Source: Podarcis pityusensis
Lineage: Eukaryota
Reading direction: 5' to 3' (one strand)
Length of the DNA: 64,000 nt
Assembly (NCBI GenBank): GCA_964106645.2
Contig: OZ067042.1
Shown: positions 52,530 through 64,000 of the stretch, piece after piece
How positions within the stretch are numbered: the stretch's first letter is position 1
Layout of the letters: the number at the start of each line of letters is the position of its first letter
Made by a program: the position numbers and the translations under genes
Notes under the pieces: generated by a model
The model's database searches: none
What the model was told of the DNA's origin: nothing
Seen by the model: the letters and a program-made list of their open reading frames with translations, nothing else

Positions 52530-53100
52530 TTCATTTCATAAAGCTCATACACTGCTTGATTGTAGGAAAAACCTCAAAACAGTTTACAAAGAAGATAAAA
52601 CAATGATATTATCACAGTAAAGGTTTACAAAGCAGACAAAAAGTTAAGCAACAATAGACTAAAACAAAACTGTTAAGTAACTGGGTAGGCTTGTCTTACA
52701 AAGAATGTTTTTAGCAGGCACCAAAAAGAGCACAGTGCCTGCTTGATCTCACCAGGCAGGGAGTTTCAAAGCATAGGTGTTGCCGCACTAAACCATTGAG
52801 TTCTTACACTTGAGGAACAGGCATTATGGGGTTCTTACTTGTAGGTAGTGCCAATTCTGCTGATCAAAGTGGTCAAGTGGACATATGTGGGTGCTCAGGT
52901 GATCTCGGAGATAAACTGTTCCCAAGTGGTTAAGGGCTTTATATGCTAATAGTAACACCTTGAAAATCAGCAACCAGCGCAGATGTTCTACGTTGACAAG
53001 TCCTCATTCGTTTCAGCAATCGTACTGCAGCATTCTGCACTAGCTCCTGGATCAAGCGCAGGTGAAGCCACACATAGAATGTGTTGCAGCAATTCAGTCT
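52530..53100 (-). mobile_element. Old L2-like LINE 3' fragment
   Basis: GCAGCATTCTGCAC (VQNAA on the minus strand) and L2-type tail; degenerate. Confidence 0.5.
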
Positions 53101-53135
53101 GTCCCTTCAATGCCTCTGCTGTATATAATGTTGTA

Positions 53136-53377
53136 CAGTGGTACCTCAGGTTAAGTACTTAATTCGTTCCGGAGGTCCGTACTTAACCTGAAACTGTTCT
53201 TAACCTGAAGCACCACTTTAGCTAATGGGGCCTCCTGCTTCTCCCGCGCCGCCGGAGCATGATTTCTGTTCTCATCCTGAAGCAAAGTTCTTAACCTGAA
53301 GCACTATTTCTGGGTTAGCAGAGTCTGTAACCTGAAGCGTATGTAACCTGAAGCATATGTAACCTGAGGTACCACTG
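53136..53377. mobile_element. Tc1/mariner MITE, family A
   Basis: TA-flanked CAGTGGTACCTCAGGTTA TIRs. Confidence 0.9.
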
Positions 53378-53735
53378 TATTCATGTTGTTTTATTTTTAA
53401 AATTATTCAAATAGTCTGTACATGTAAGGTTCCCTGATGAATCCTCACCACATATATCTTATATTAAGGGAGCCTGGTCTTTTTATTTAGAGTTCTGTTT
53501 GCACCGTTGTTTCCACCCAATACCTTACTCAATTTTTTTAACAATCCCTCACACACTGTTGTTGGGTATATGTATGGGACAGACAGCTCAAGAATTTCAT
53601 GTTTGAGAATTAAACAGAGTTCATTAATGCTTATTTACAACATAATATAATGGATTTGCTTATTGGTAGACAGCAAAGTATTATACTATCAGATATCCCT
53701 ACCGATTGGAGAAAATAGTACATTAACTGTAACAG

Positions 53736-54621
53736 TGTTAGTGTTGCTTTAAGAAGATTCCCATGAACTTGTTCTAATCCTTACATGAAACCATTAACCA
53801 ATTACCTGCTTATCTCCACCTCAGTTAACTCACAAGTTTATTCAGAGGACTTCACTGGAAGTCTTCTCTCTGGTCAGGAATTTGCCAGTTGCTGGCTTGA
53901 GCCCTCCCGAAGGCTGCTGCTGGAGGTTTCTTCTCACTTTTGGACCGCCTTAGCTTCTGCCTTCAGTGATTTCAGCTCTCGCATGAGCTTCTCACTCTTC
54001 CTCCTCCCCAACTGTTGCTGCTATTGCTTTCAGGCTCTCTCTCCAGGCTTCCTCTTCCTCCTTCAGAGTCACTTCTTGACTCAGCTTCCACAACTGAACC
54101 CCCCAAAGAGTGTGACAGGGCCGGGCCACCCATGAGGCAGGCTGAACCAGCTGCCTTGGGTATCAGAATCCCAAGAGGTGGTCCCCCCTCGGCCACCAGT
54201 AGAGAAGCGGCTTCCGGCGAAACGTCGCCAAAATCTCAGGAGATCTCGTGTGCTCCGTGAGATCTCACTGCAGCCCATCGCTGCTTCACAGGTGCCACCA
54301 CACAAGCCAGGTGAGGGGCGCTTTGGCAGTGGGATACCTCAGGCGGCAAAACGCCACAGGTCCCCATCCCCCCCCCCGAGTGCTGAATCTGCTTCCACAT
54401 TCCACACCAGCTAGAAATCTCCAACCCGTGTATTTGCACTGAAATTCTGAATGCTCATTGGCCTATAACTGCGGTCCGTTGTTGGGAAGGAATTTTCACA
54501 AAGGGACCAATCATAAACAGACTCATTTTGGATGCTCCTGCCTGATGCATAAAGGTTGAGGTGCACTGATTAATTGAAACCTCACATTTTACATAGTTAC
54601 CTCCCCTTAGCAACACTGACA
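53736..54621. mobile_element. LTR-like element (uncertain)
   Basis: Ends TGTTAGTGTTGCT / AGCAACACTGACA; GC-rich core; CCAAT motifs; no clear TSD. Confidence 0.4.
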
Positions 54622-55019
54622 GTTCTAACTGCTACTTGGCAGACTGTCAGCTGAACTCGCATATAATGTTTACCTTTCTGGCTCTAGCCAAGAGTAAATT
54701 TTTCATACTTTGTGTGTGTCCCTATTATCACAGTATTCTTGCATTTAAACTGTACCTCATCAAAAATGTAGTTTCTTCACAACAGGTGATAGCAGAGGCA
54801 CCCAAAAAAAAAACCAGACGAGAGAATGAAACCCCAATAGAATAGCTGCAAACTATTCTCAGCAGTTGCTGAGGGAACCAAGTGGTGATGGCCTTATCGT
54901 GTCAGTCAGTGGGGGGCATTTCTAAGTCTCCACTGTTGCTAGGCTAACTTTAAAGTACATTTTCTGAAACTACAGTAGATGCAGCAGTTATACTTGCTCC
55001 TCTACTTTTTGAATATGTA

Positions 55020-55632
55020 CCGTATTTTTCGCTCTATAAGACACACATTTTCCCCTCCAAAAATTAAGGGGAAATGTGTGGTGTCTTATGGAGCGAATGC
55101 AGGCTCCTTGGCTTCAGTGATAGCAACGCGAAGCCTCCGAAGCGCAGTGGGAGCGCTCCCGCTGCACTCCAGAGGCTTCAGGTTCCCTTCGCTGAAGCCT
55201 GGAGAGCAAGACTCTCCTGGCTTCAGCAAAAAGAACCCCAAGCCTCCGGAGCGCAGCGGGAACTCCCACCGTGCTCCGGAGGCTTCAGGTTGCCTTCACT
55301 GAAGCCTGGAGAGCGAGAGGGGTCGGTGCGCACCAACCCCTCTCACTCTCCAGGCTTCAAAGATAGCTGCCTGAAGCCTCCGGAGTGCAGCCGGAGCTCC
55401 TGCTGCGCTCTGGAGGCTTTGGGTTCCTTTCGCTGAAGGGTAGGTGCCCCTTCAGCTAAGGTGCAGCGCCCCTTCAGCTAAGCAGGAGAAGAAATGGAAG
55501 GGGCTCCGTTTCTCCTGCCGCTTCACTGAAGGGACGCTGCGCAGAGAGGGGGAGATTTTTTTTTCTTGTTCTCCCCCTCTAAAACAAGGTGCATCCTATG
55601 GTCAGGTGCGTCCTATAGAGCGAAAAATACGG
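55020..55632. mobile_element. pogo/Tc1-like non-autonomous transposon with internal tandem palindromic units
   Basis: TA|CCGTATTTTTCGCTCTATA...TATAGAGCGAAAAATACGG|TA. Confidence 0.88.
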
Positions 55633-57632
55633 TAATTGAGTGAACTTATGGGTCTGACATTGAAATCTGAGGACATTCTCCATTGTAGCAGAGGTCAGCG
55701 TTTTGTCCTATGGGAAACATTTCTGGTTGTTGACAAGGTATATTGAAACAATAATGAGCCAGGGAAAGCTTGCTTTTTTCTTCTTCGTGGAATGTCTGTC
55801 TTTTGCAAGAACTCCGAAACTTGGTTTCTACAAGTGCCTGGGGTTGCCACTGCCATTACACGCAAAGCACAATATGCACATGCTCCCTTGAACTTGAGTA
55901 TTACTTTGGCACAGCAGACACTGTAAACTCCTTTTCGCAGCCCTCTGGATTGCAGCCTAACTGCTGAAATGTATTTTGACCCTCTTCGAATCTTGCTCTG
56001 CTGCACTGTTACTTGTCTGTTAGCTCAGAAAATAACTCGGTGCAAAAGAACACATTTCACTGTGACTTTCACTGGCTTTGGTAGTGCCTTTTCAAAGACA
56101 ATCATTTTTTGATGGAAGACTTTCTGGGGTAGTCAACCTTATAACAGGGTGGTGGTTAGATTGAAAATGCATGCAAAGTGCTTTATACACTTAATGGCGG
56201 AGTGGGGGAGTATATAAATGATGGCGTACATGTTTTAATGTTCATTTTGTAACACTAACCAGTCCTGTATATGAGCAGGGATCATTAATGTAATGATAAG
56301 CTGAGAGAGAACTGGCCCTTTAAAAAAAAAAAAAAGGCACCATTTCATAACCCAAGTTGGCTAAAAAAGCATCAGAGCTTCAGACTGGAGGTCCATGTTG
56401 TCCTGTGTCCTGCTTCCCACTGTGATTTAATCCACTGCCTCCAGGAAGCCCCCAAGCAGAGCATGAAGGCAACGGGCCAATCCTGTTACCCCTCATCAGC
56501 ACTTATTCACTGACATACCACCTCTGAATTTGGAGGCTGCATATAGACAGTCTTGCTAGAAGCCACTGATGCCCTTAAAATCCATGATTTCCCCCCCTTC
56601 CCCTTTCAATTCTATCTTAAGCTAGCAGCCCAGGAATATTGCCTGGCCCAAAACAGGATGACCCTGAGTTCTCGTAGCTAGTTTATTAAATTCATGCATT
56701 ACTTCCCACAGTGGACAATCCTGAAGCATTTTAAAGGAGTAAAATACAGGGATGCGGTGGAAAATACACACAGTTGTATCCAAAGGAAGACAATGTGAGC
56801 GTTCCATCAGCTCAAGGATTTCTGCTTGCACAACAAAACGTCCACACTCTCTTCCCCCAGCTTGTTATGGGATTCCCCTGGCTCTATGGAGCAGATTTGG
56901 GGAGGGTGCAAGGTTGTGGGGTGGAGGGAGACGTGTGGGGAAAGTCCCTTTGTGCAATCTGAAATCCTTGTGCCGACAGGACACATACGTTGATTACTGC
57001 CTCTAAACATGGTAACAACATAATTAGAGCAAAATATCTGGTCATTGGTGCAACCCAAATGCCCAGGAAAACAGAAATGTTGTTACCTGGCAACGAAATA
57101 GCGACAAAATTGGCACCAAGCAGGTCTCCCTGGGGACAGCATGCAATAGCCCAGGAGCTACTACAGAAAAAGCCTGTTCTTTGGACCCTTTATGTAGGTG
57201 GCAAAGAGAGAAGAGCCTCAAAGGATGATCTTGGGGTTCAGTCAGGTTAGAGAAGCTCCTCCAAATACACCTTCTTATCTCTTGCTCCTTTCTGGTGTCC
57301 TCCCCCTCCGCCAGTCCGACTGAATTTTGTGCATCTGCTTTTTGCATTCTGTTGATACAGGTTCCCAGGTCTCTGTATGTTAGAGAAATCTTGGCATAAG
57401 AGAAATATTCCAGAATCTCCTCCTCTTTCTTTCCCCGCCTCTCTCAGCTTTGTGAGATGTATATAAAGTCAGAAAAGTCCCCAAGATTCTAGCAGAGAGA
57501 ACATCTGTAATCACTTTATTGCTCCTTGGCAGGTAGCTATTTCAACTGCTTTCCAAAAGCAACTTGAAGTGTGCAGTTGTGGCATGAAATGCATTTTTGA
57601 GTCACTTTTATGCTTTACGTCTTTTTTACTAA

Positions 57633-57911
<279 letters not shown>

Positions 57912-58345
57912 TAAGCTTGTGTAACACACCCTTAATTCCCATACCTGGTATCTCTGCCAGAACTGCCCATGCCCACTGTCGTTTCATAATGCTGGACAAA
58001 GTGTTGCACCTTGTCTAATAATCTGCAGCAACCTCGTCCTACACTTGTTTCTGAAGCAGGGAGATTCGGAAACTCAATACAATTCTTTCATTAAAACAAA
58101 AACAAAAACCCAATCCTTAAAGTTTAACCTGCAATGATTCTGGATATATGTACTGAATAACAGCTGCGGCTTAAACATATTCCATAACTTATTATCTCGC
58201 TTACTGCAGGGAAGGGGGGAACAGAAGTGAATATCACTGTTGGTTTTTTCCTCTGTGTTTTCATACTGTGCACTAGGGGAATGCATAATACATGCCGTGT
58301 CTATTGAATTAAATTCCTAACTGTTCTGGCTCTTTATTGCTTCAG

Positions 58346-58428
58346 CCGTATGTTTTGTACCAATTGGACCGGATTACTCCAACCCAGCTGGAGAAGTTTC
58401 TCGAGACCTGTAGAGAGAAGTATATGAG
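58346..58428 (+). CDS. POLR3A: POLR3A exon 23
   Basis: [27 protein letters not shown]. Confidence 0.96.
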
Positions 58429-58766
58429 GTATGGATAATTCACCCCCCCCCCCCGGGTAGGAGTGAATGTCATTTGAACTGATTTAGCCAAATCTGATTA
58501 TAAGTAGGTGAGAAACTGATAGAAAGTATTCTCCTGCTTCTCGGGCAGAACTTAGGAGGTCTGAAGCGGGAGGCAAGTTTTAGCCAAAGTTCAGTTTCTC
58601 CCTCAGATGTTTGTCTCAGTGTCAATATAGCTAAAAAGAAAAGTAGTAATGGCTCTGCAATTGTTACATGATTCATGCTAATATAGCAATGACCAGCTTC
58701 CCTCAGATTTATTGCAAAGTTGCCCATCTCCCCTGATACATAGTTAAATTCCTTGCATACTTACTA

Positions 58767-59005
58767 CAGTGGTACCTCAGGTTAAGTACTTAATTCGTTC
58801 CGGAGGTCCGTACTTAACCTGAAACTGTTCTTAACCTGAAGCACCACTTTAACTAATGGGGCCTCCTGCTGCTGCCGCACTGCCGGAGCACGATTTCTGT
58901 TCTCATCCTGAAGCAAAGTTCTTAACCTGAAGCACTATTTCAGCGTTAGCAGAGTCTGTAACCTGAAGCGTATGTATCCTGAAGCGTATGTAACCCGAGG
59001 TACCA
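58767..59005. mobile_element. Tc1/mariner MITE, family A (right TIR clipped)
   Basis: Near-identical to 53136-53377. Confidence 0.85.
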
Positions 59006-59758
59006 GACTAAAGGATCACCCCTTTCCTCCCCACCCCCCACCCACAATTACATTGTTCTGGGGTTTCTCCCAACCCCCAGAGCCATGGGGGGGGGAGCGA
59101 AAGGGGGAAGCCCCATTGCAGAAGCCTTCACGCATGGCTTGCACTGACGGGACTCATTAGGTCAGTGGTTCTTAAAGGGTGATGGGCAGGGCAGGATGGC
59201 AAGTGTGGCAGAAAGATTCAAGGACAATCAGTATTATATTTTGGGAATAATTCATGTTCTTGTGTAGCCATAATGATTTCTGTTTTCCGGATGTCCTGTG
59301 ATCATATTGTAAAGTAGTTGTGTTTTGTATTACAAATCAAGCATTGCTGGGAGTTGTTTTGTTTCCCAATGTATTTCTTACCAATAAAAAAAAAATTTCC
59401 TCTGAAAGTGCGTCCCAGAGAAAAAAAATTTGAGAACCACTGCGTTAGAGGAATCCACATTCACCCCACCCACCCACCGTAATTTTTTGTGCTTATGGTT
59501 TCTCCAGTAGTATGAAGCACACGTTTTAGTCCTTGCAGTCGAACATAATATAAATGCAAGCACCTGAGATTTCCCAGTAATACTACCTCTGAAACCAAGG
59601 GTATTATATAGCAGGACATTTCCTGGATGACATTCAAATTTATTATTATTACAGTATATATTTTTAAAAATATTATTACATTGGATGCTTGAATTGGATT
59701 GAACAGTAATTATGAAACACGACAGTTGCAGAGATGGGGGTCCTGCTGCCCTCTAGAT

Positions 59759-59893
59759 CAGGCACCCCCAAACTCAGCCCTCCAGATGTTTTGGGACTAC
59801 AATTCCCATCATCCCTGACCACTGGTCCTGTTAGCTAGGGATGATGGGAGTTGTAGTCCCAAACATCTGGAGGGCCGAGTTTGGGGATGCCTG
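59759..59893. mobile_element. hAT (Charlie-like) MITE nested in an older related MITE (about 59729-59999)
   Basis: CAGGCACCCCCAAACTC / GAGTTTGGGGATGCCTG; 8-bp TSD CTCTAGAT. Confidence 0.9.
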
Positions 59894-61214
59894 CTCTAGA
59901 TGCTGCTGCAACGCAGCTCCCATAATCCCTGATCATTGGCAGTGTTAATGGAAGTTGAAGTCCATTAACATCTGGAGGGCCTCAGTTTCCCCATTTCTGC
60001 ATTGCAGTGAAACGCTATAAATAGTCTTGCCTTTGGGTGTGCGGATTGCTTTTCACCAGGCAGTAGCAAACTCGGAAGGCTCCAGATTACGAAACGGAAG
60101 GAGATCTGAAATTATCCTGGGCCTCAAGTTCTCCAACTATGGACGGCTGCTGCATTAACTAATAATAAATCCCACTAAGCAAACTATTAAGTTTAAGCAT
60201 GTTGTGCCTATGGTTTCTCGGTCATTTAGGTTTTGTAATAGGAGGTATACTGTATAAGAATAATGCTTGTTTTAAATGTCTGTGCTAGCTTTTAGCCCAT
60301 AACAACATAAAAGCAACTTCTATGAGGAACAGAAGCACTAAAACCATATTGAAAATGTATTGCAGAAGCAGCAAAGGGGCACATAAAACACTGAATTGCG
60401 AATGAATTTACTTGTGTGTAAGATCACCAAAAAACAGGACTATTGGGAGAAGCAATTTCCCTTCCCAGCCCTCATGGAGTGGATATTTTGGGGTGGGTTG
60501 ATTCCACACACACCCCCAATCTAAATATTCTGTCTCGGCATCAGTGGAAAGGAAGTTACCTTTGTTTCCGAACTGCCTTTATCCTGAATCGTGACATTGG
60601 TTTTGAGAAGGCTGAGGCTTTTTTTATACTGGAAGAAGACAGTACTAGTCTTGAGGCTGTTACTGCTCTGTGAGTTGATTTGCTTTATGTAGAGAAGGTC
60701 CATAATATGCCGTAGGATTGTTTCGCTGGGATTTAACTAAGGGTGACAGCTGTCCTCTGATCTTCTACTTGCTTCGTTGCATAAGGTCTCTCGCTAAGCA
60801 TATTGCTGCTGTGACTCTGTGCATCTTGGAGCCTTAGCTTTGCCCTGCCAGATGAGGATGGTTAACAAATGGGATTTAAAATAATTGTTTGATGTTGACC
60901 TCCTTGGCTGAGATCACTTAGCCTGTGCACAAGAAAACGACAGTGCTGATAATATTCATTGGAGTATTCAGATCGGGGCTGGTCCAGTGACCTTGGTAAG
61001 GGCATCAATTGAATCTCATCTACCAAATGAACTCATGTTGATATAATAAGACACCTTTTTCATGTCATGGGGTTCATAGCCTTGATGCTTCTAGTGTTCA
61101 CTGTCTCTGTATTGTTATTTGTTGTCAAATGGTTGATATGTTTTATTATAGGGTAAAAAAAACATTTTGTCTGCCTTTGAAGGCATTTCAGAATAGGGTA
61201 ATTATATATAAGAG

Positions 61215-61960
61215 ACCCTGATTGTTGCTGGAGGCGCTGAAGGATGTTCACAGATTTATCTGGGCAGCCAATTTTCAGAAGGACAGTCCACAGGGTATTA
61301 CGATTTACATCGTCGAAGGCCTTTGTCAGGTCAAAAAATGCCATATACGGGGGTTGGTTTTGCTCTCTGCATTTTTCTTGAAGCTGTTGAGCAGTGAAAA
61401 TCATGTCCACTCTCCCCCTAGAAGGCCGAAAACCATTTTGGGATTCAGGAAGGGTAGACTTGGATATTCTTAAGAGACAGTTTGCTAGGATCCTTGCAAG
61501 AATTTTGCTGGCCGCAGCTAATAAAGAGATGTCTCGATAGTTTCCACAATCCATTATATCACCTTTTTAAAAGAGATTCATAATTTTGGCATCCCTAAAG
61601 TCTGCTGGGATCTCTTCTCCCAGATTTTTTCGATGAGCTTCTGAAGTTGTTGTGTAAGTTCAGTTCTGCCCACTTTGAAGACTTCGGCAGGTATCCCATC
61701 AGGTCCGATGGCTTTGTTGTTTTCCGTTTGGTTAATAGCTGTACACAACTCTCCCAGATTTGGAGATACTGCAAGCTCATCTCTAACTTGTTTTTGCGGA
61801 ATTTGTGAGAGGACCTCAGCAGCTATGGGGGGGGGGGGAGTTGCGGTTAAGGAGATGTTGGTAATGTTCTTTCCAGCGCAGTGCAATAGCTTCTTTATCT
61901 TTTAGAAGTATGGTACCGTCTACTGAGCACAGGGGGCATATGCCATGAGGCTTATGAGGG
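61215..61960 (-). mobile_element. RTE-clade LINE reverse-transcriptase fragment (degenerate)
   Basis: KAIGPDGIPAEVFK; DCGNYRDISLL...ESQNGFRPSRG..DMIF...QEKCREQN...FFDLTKAFD. Confidence 0.85.
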
Positions 61961-62397
61961 AACAGTTTCAAGCAGCTGATCTTGGGACTTTGTGATTCTG
62001 AAGGATCAGGGAGAAAAACAAAATGTGTATTAAATACACAGCTCTCCTGAACACCTGTGCTTTCACTTTCTTAAAATAGAGTGTTTGACCATTATATAAT
62101 ATATAGTTGAAAGTGTGCAGCCAGTGCCTGATGAATTCTCAGAACGGAAAAAAAAGGTGACGGAAAGATTTTGAGCTGTCTGTGCTCCTAGGCTGTGACA
62201 CAGCTTCTTGTCTTCCACCAGGGTTTAAAGAAGTGGGTTTTATGATTTCATAGTGCCACACTGAACCTTTTGGGGTTTTTTATCCAGTACAGAGAATGGG
62301 GATCTTGGTCCTTAGAGGCCAGCTCAGCCAGGAACTCTCTAGAGTTGACTCGTAGGTGTGAAAATTAATAAATACAAAAGTTTTCTTGGTTTTATAA

Positions 62398-62577
<180 letters not shown>

Positions 62578-63475
62578 TGAAGCCAGATTTTATTCTCATC
62601 TTGATATTTGAATGGCAGATTTAATTATAACGGAGGGAGGTCTCTCTCTCTCTCTCTGTCAACTTGCTAGCTGGAGTCAGAGTCTGGGCACTATAATAAA
62701 CAGAAACTGACAGGAACAGGATAACTACAACATTTGATCTATCCAGTAATTCTTGCCTATGACACAAACATTTGTCTTCTGAAAAGCAAACAAGTTGAGT
62801 AACTCAACTTCTGGTTGCAAGTTGCCTACTGTGGGGGCGGAAATAAGCTGCAGGATGATATCCCTTATCTTGGATGGCTGCTAAATGCTCTCATTTATAG
62901 GGGTTCAATGTATTTGTTGCTCTCTTGATCCAACAAAATGAGATCCTTTTTTTTTTTTAAGGTGGAGAGTTATTTCTTAGGCCTTCCTGTTGATCAAAGC
63001 ACAAAAATAACTGAACCTAAAAAGTTACAGTGTACCTGCCATTTGCTACCGCGACCTAAGGCAGCAAGATAAAAGGGGGTCAATTTAGTAGCTGATTGCA
63101 CTATAATTAGTAGGCTCTTGATTAACGAAGTCAAGATACTGTGTGAACAAGGTCAAGACTCATAAGAGGAACCTCCATTCACAAAAAAGTGTTGTGCTAT
63201 GTCTTCCAAGCTATGAGCAAGATTCAGTATCCTTGAAATAATTGGTTTGGGAAAGCAACAAATTTCAGCAGAGTGAGTTAACATCACAGCAGATAACTGC
63301 AGAGATGTGGCTTATGGATTTTTTTTAGATTTTAAACGTACAGCCATCATAAGTTGTTTCGTACAATGTTTAGTTCTCGATATATAAAATAGAATTATCA
63401 GTAATGTTCATGGTACGTAAAGGTAATAAACCAGTAGGCTTTTCACAACGATATGCTTTTGCTGCTTATCTATAG

Positions 63476-63569
63476 TACGCCGATTATCACAGCCCACCTT
63501 GACACGGACAATGATCCAGACTTTGCCCGTTTGGTTAAAGGAAGAATAGAGAAGACGCTACTGGGAGAG
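63476..63569 (+). CDS. POLR3A: POLR3A exon 25
   Basis: [32 protein letters not shown]. Confidence 0.97.
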
Positions 63570-63643
63570 GTAGACGGTGCCTTATTGTTGCATAATATAC
63601 AATATTTCCCATTATGGTTCTGCACTGCTGTGATGCTTATTAA

Positions 63644-63784
<141 letters not shown>

Positions 63785-64000
63785 TGATACTGTGTTCGAG
63801 AAACTGATTTGCCACAGGGGTGCCTTCAGGCAGGGCAGATACCACAGTGAAAATGAGCGTGGCTTTTTCTGTAGTGCTTTAATTTATTCTAGTTATTGCT
63901 CTGTGGTACCTTCAATATGTTAATTGCTTCTGCAGCATGCATCTATGCACATTTTCAAAGAGAATTAATGTTCTCTGCTAGTTTCCCCCTAACCAGATTT

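Noticed and set aside
62128-62150. CTGATGA...GAAA hammerhead-like string (also CTGATGA near 51337, 52360 and 53434)
   Set aside because: No proper stem II, stem I or UH site

Overview
Vertebrate genomic DNA. The repeat content (Sauria SINE with ACCTTT tails, BovB, Squam3-like SINE, Penelope-like elements) points to a squamate, probably a lacertid lizard (inference). Two genes lie head-to-head around a split CpG island at about 21.35-23.2 kb. RPS24 is on the minus strand (about 14060-21662): four constitutive coding exons, an array of 3' micro-exons (3, 18 and 24 nt, plus a candidate 14 nt) and a terminal exon. POLR3A is on the plus strand: exons 1-26 are in the window (3429 nt of CDS, 1143 codons) and the gene runs off the right edge. 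The left 14 kb is intergenic. Introns are dense with SINEs, LINE fragments (BovB, RTE, L2, L1, CR1), Tc1/mariner- and hAT-type MITEs and solo LTRs. The most notable observations are: (1) two Penelope-like insertions carrying complete minimal hammerhead ribozyme cores, one in the shared promoter and one sense-oriented in POLR3A intron 10; (2) two diverged solo LTRs that keep the same indel-free 109-codon frame; (3) the RPS24 micro-exon system, with a candidate extra exon and an unusual skip-isoform tail; (4) a candidate in-frame 36-nt POLR3A cassette exon; (5) a 44-bp intronic hairpin. All calls were made by eye with no database search, and repeat family names are from recognition.
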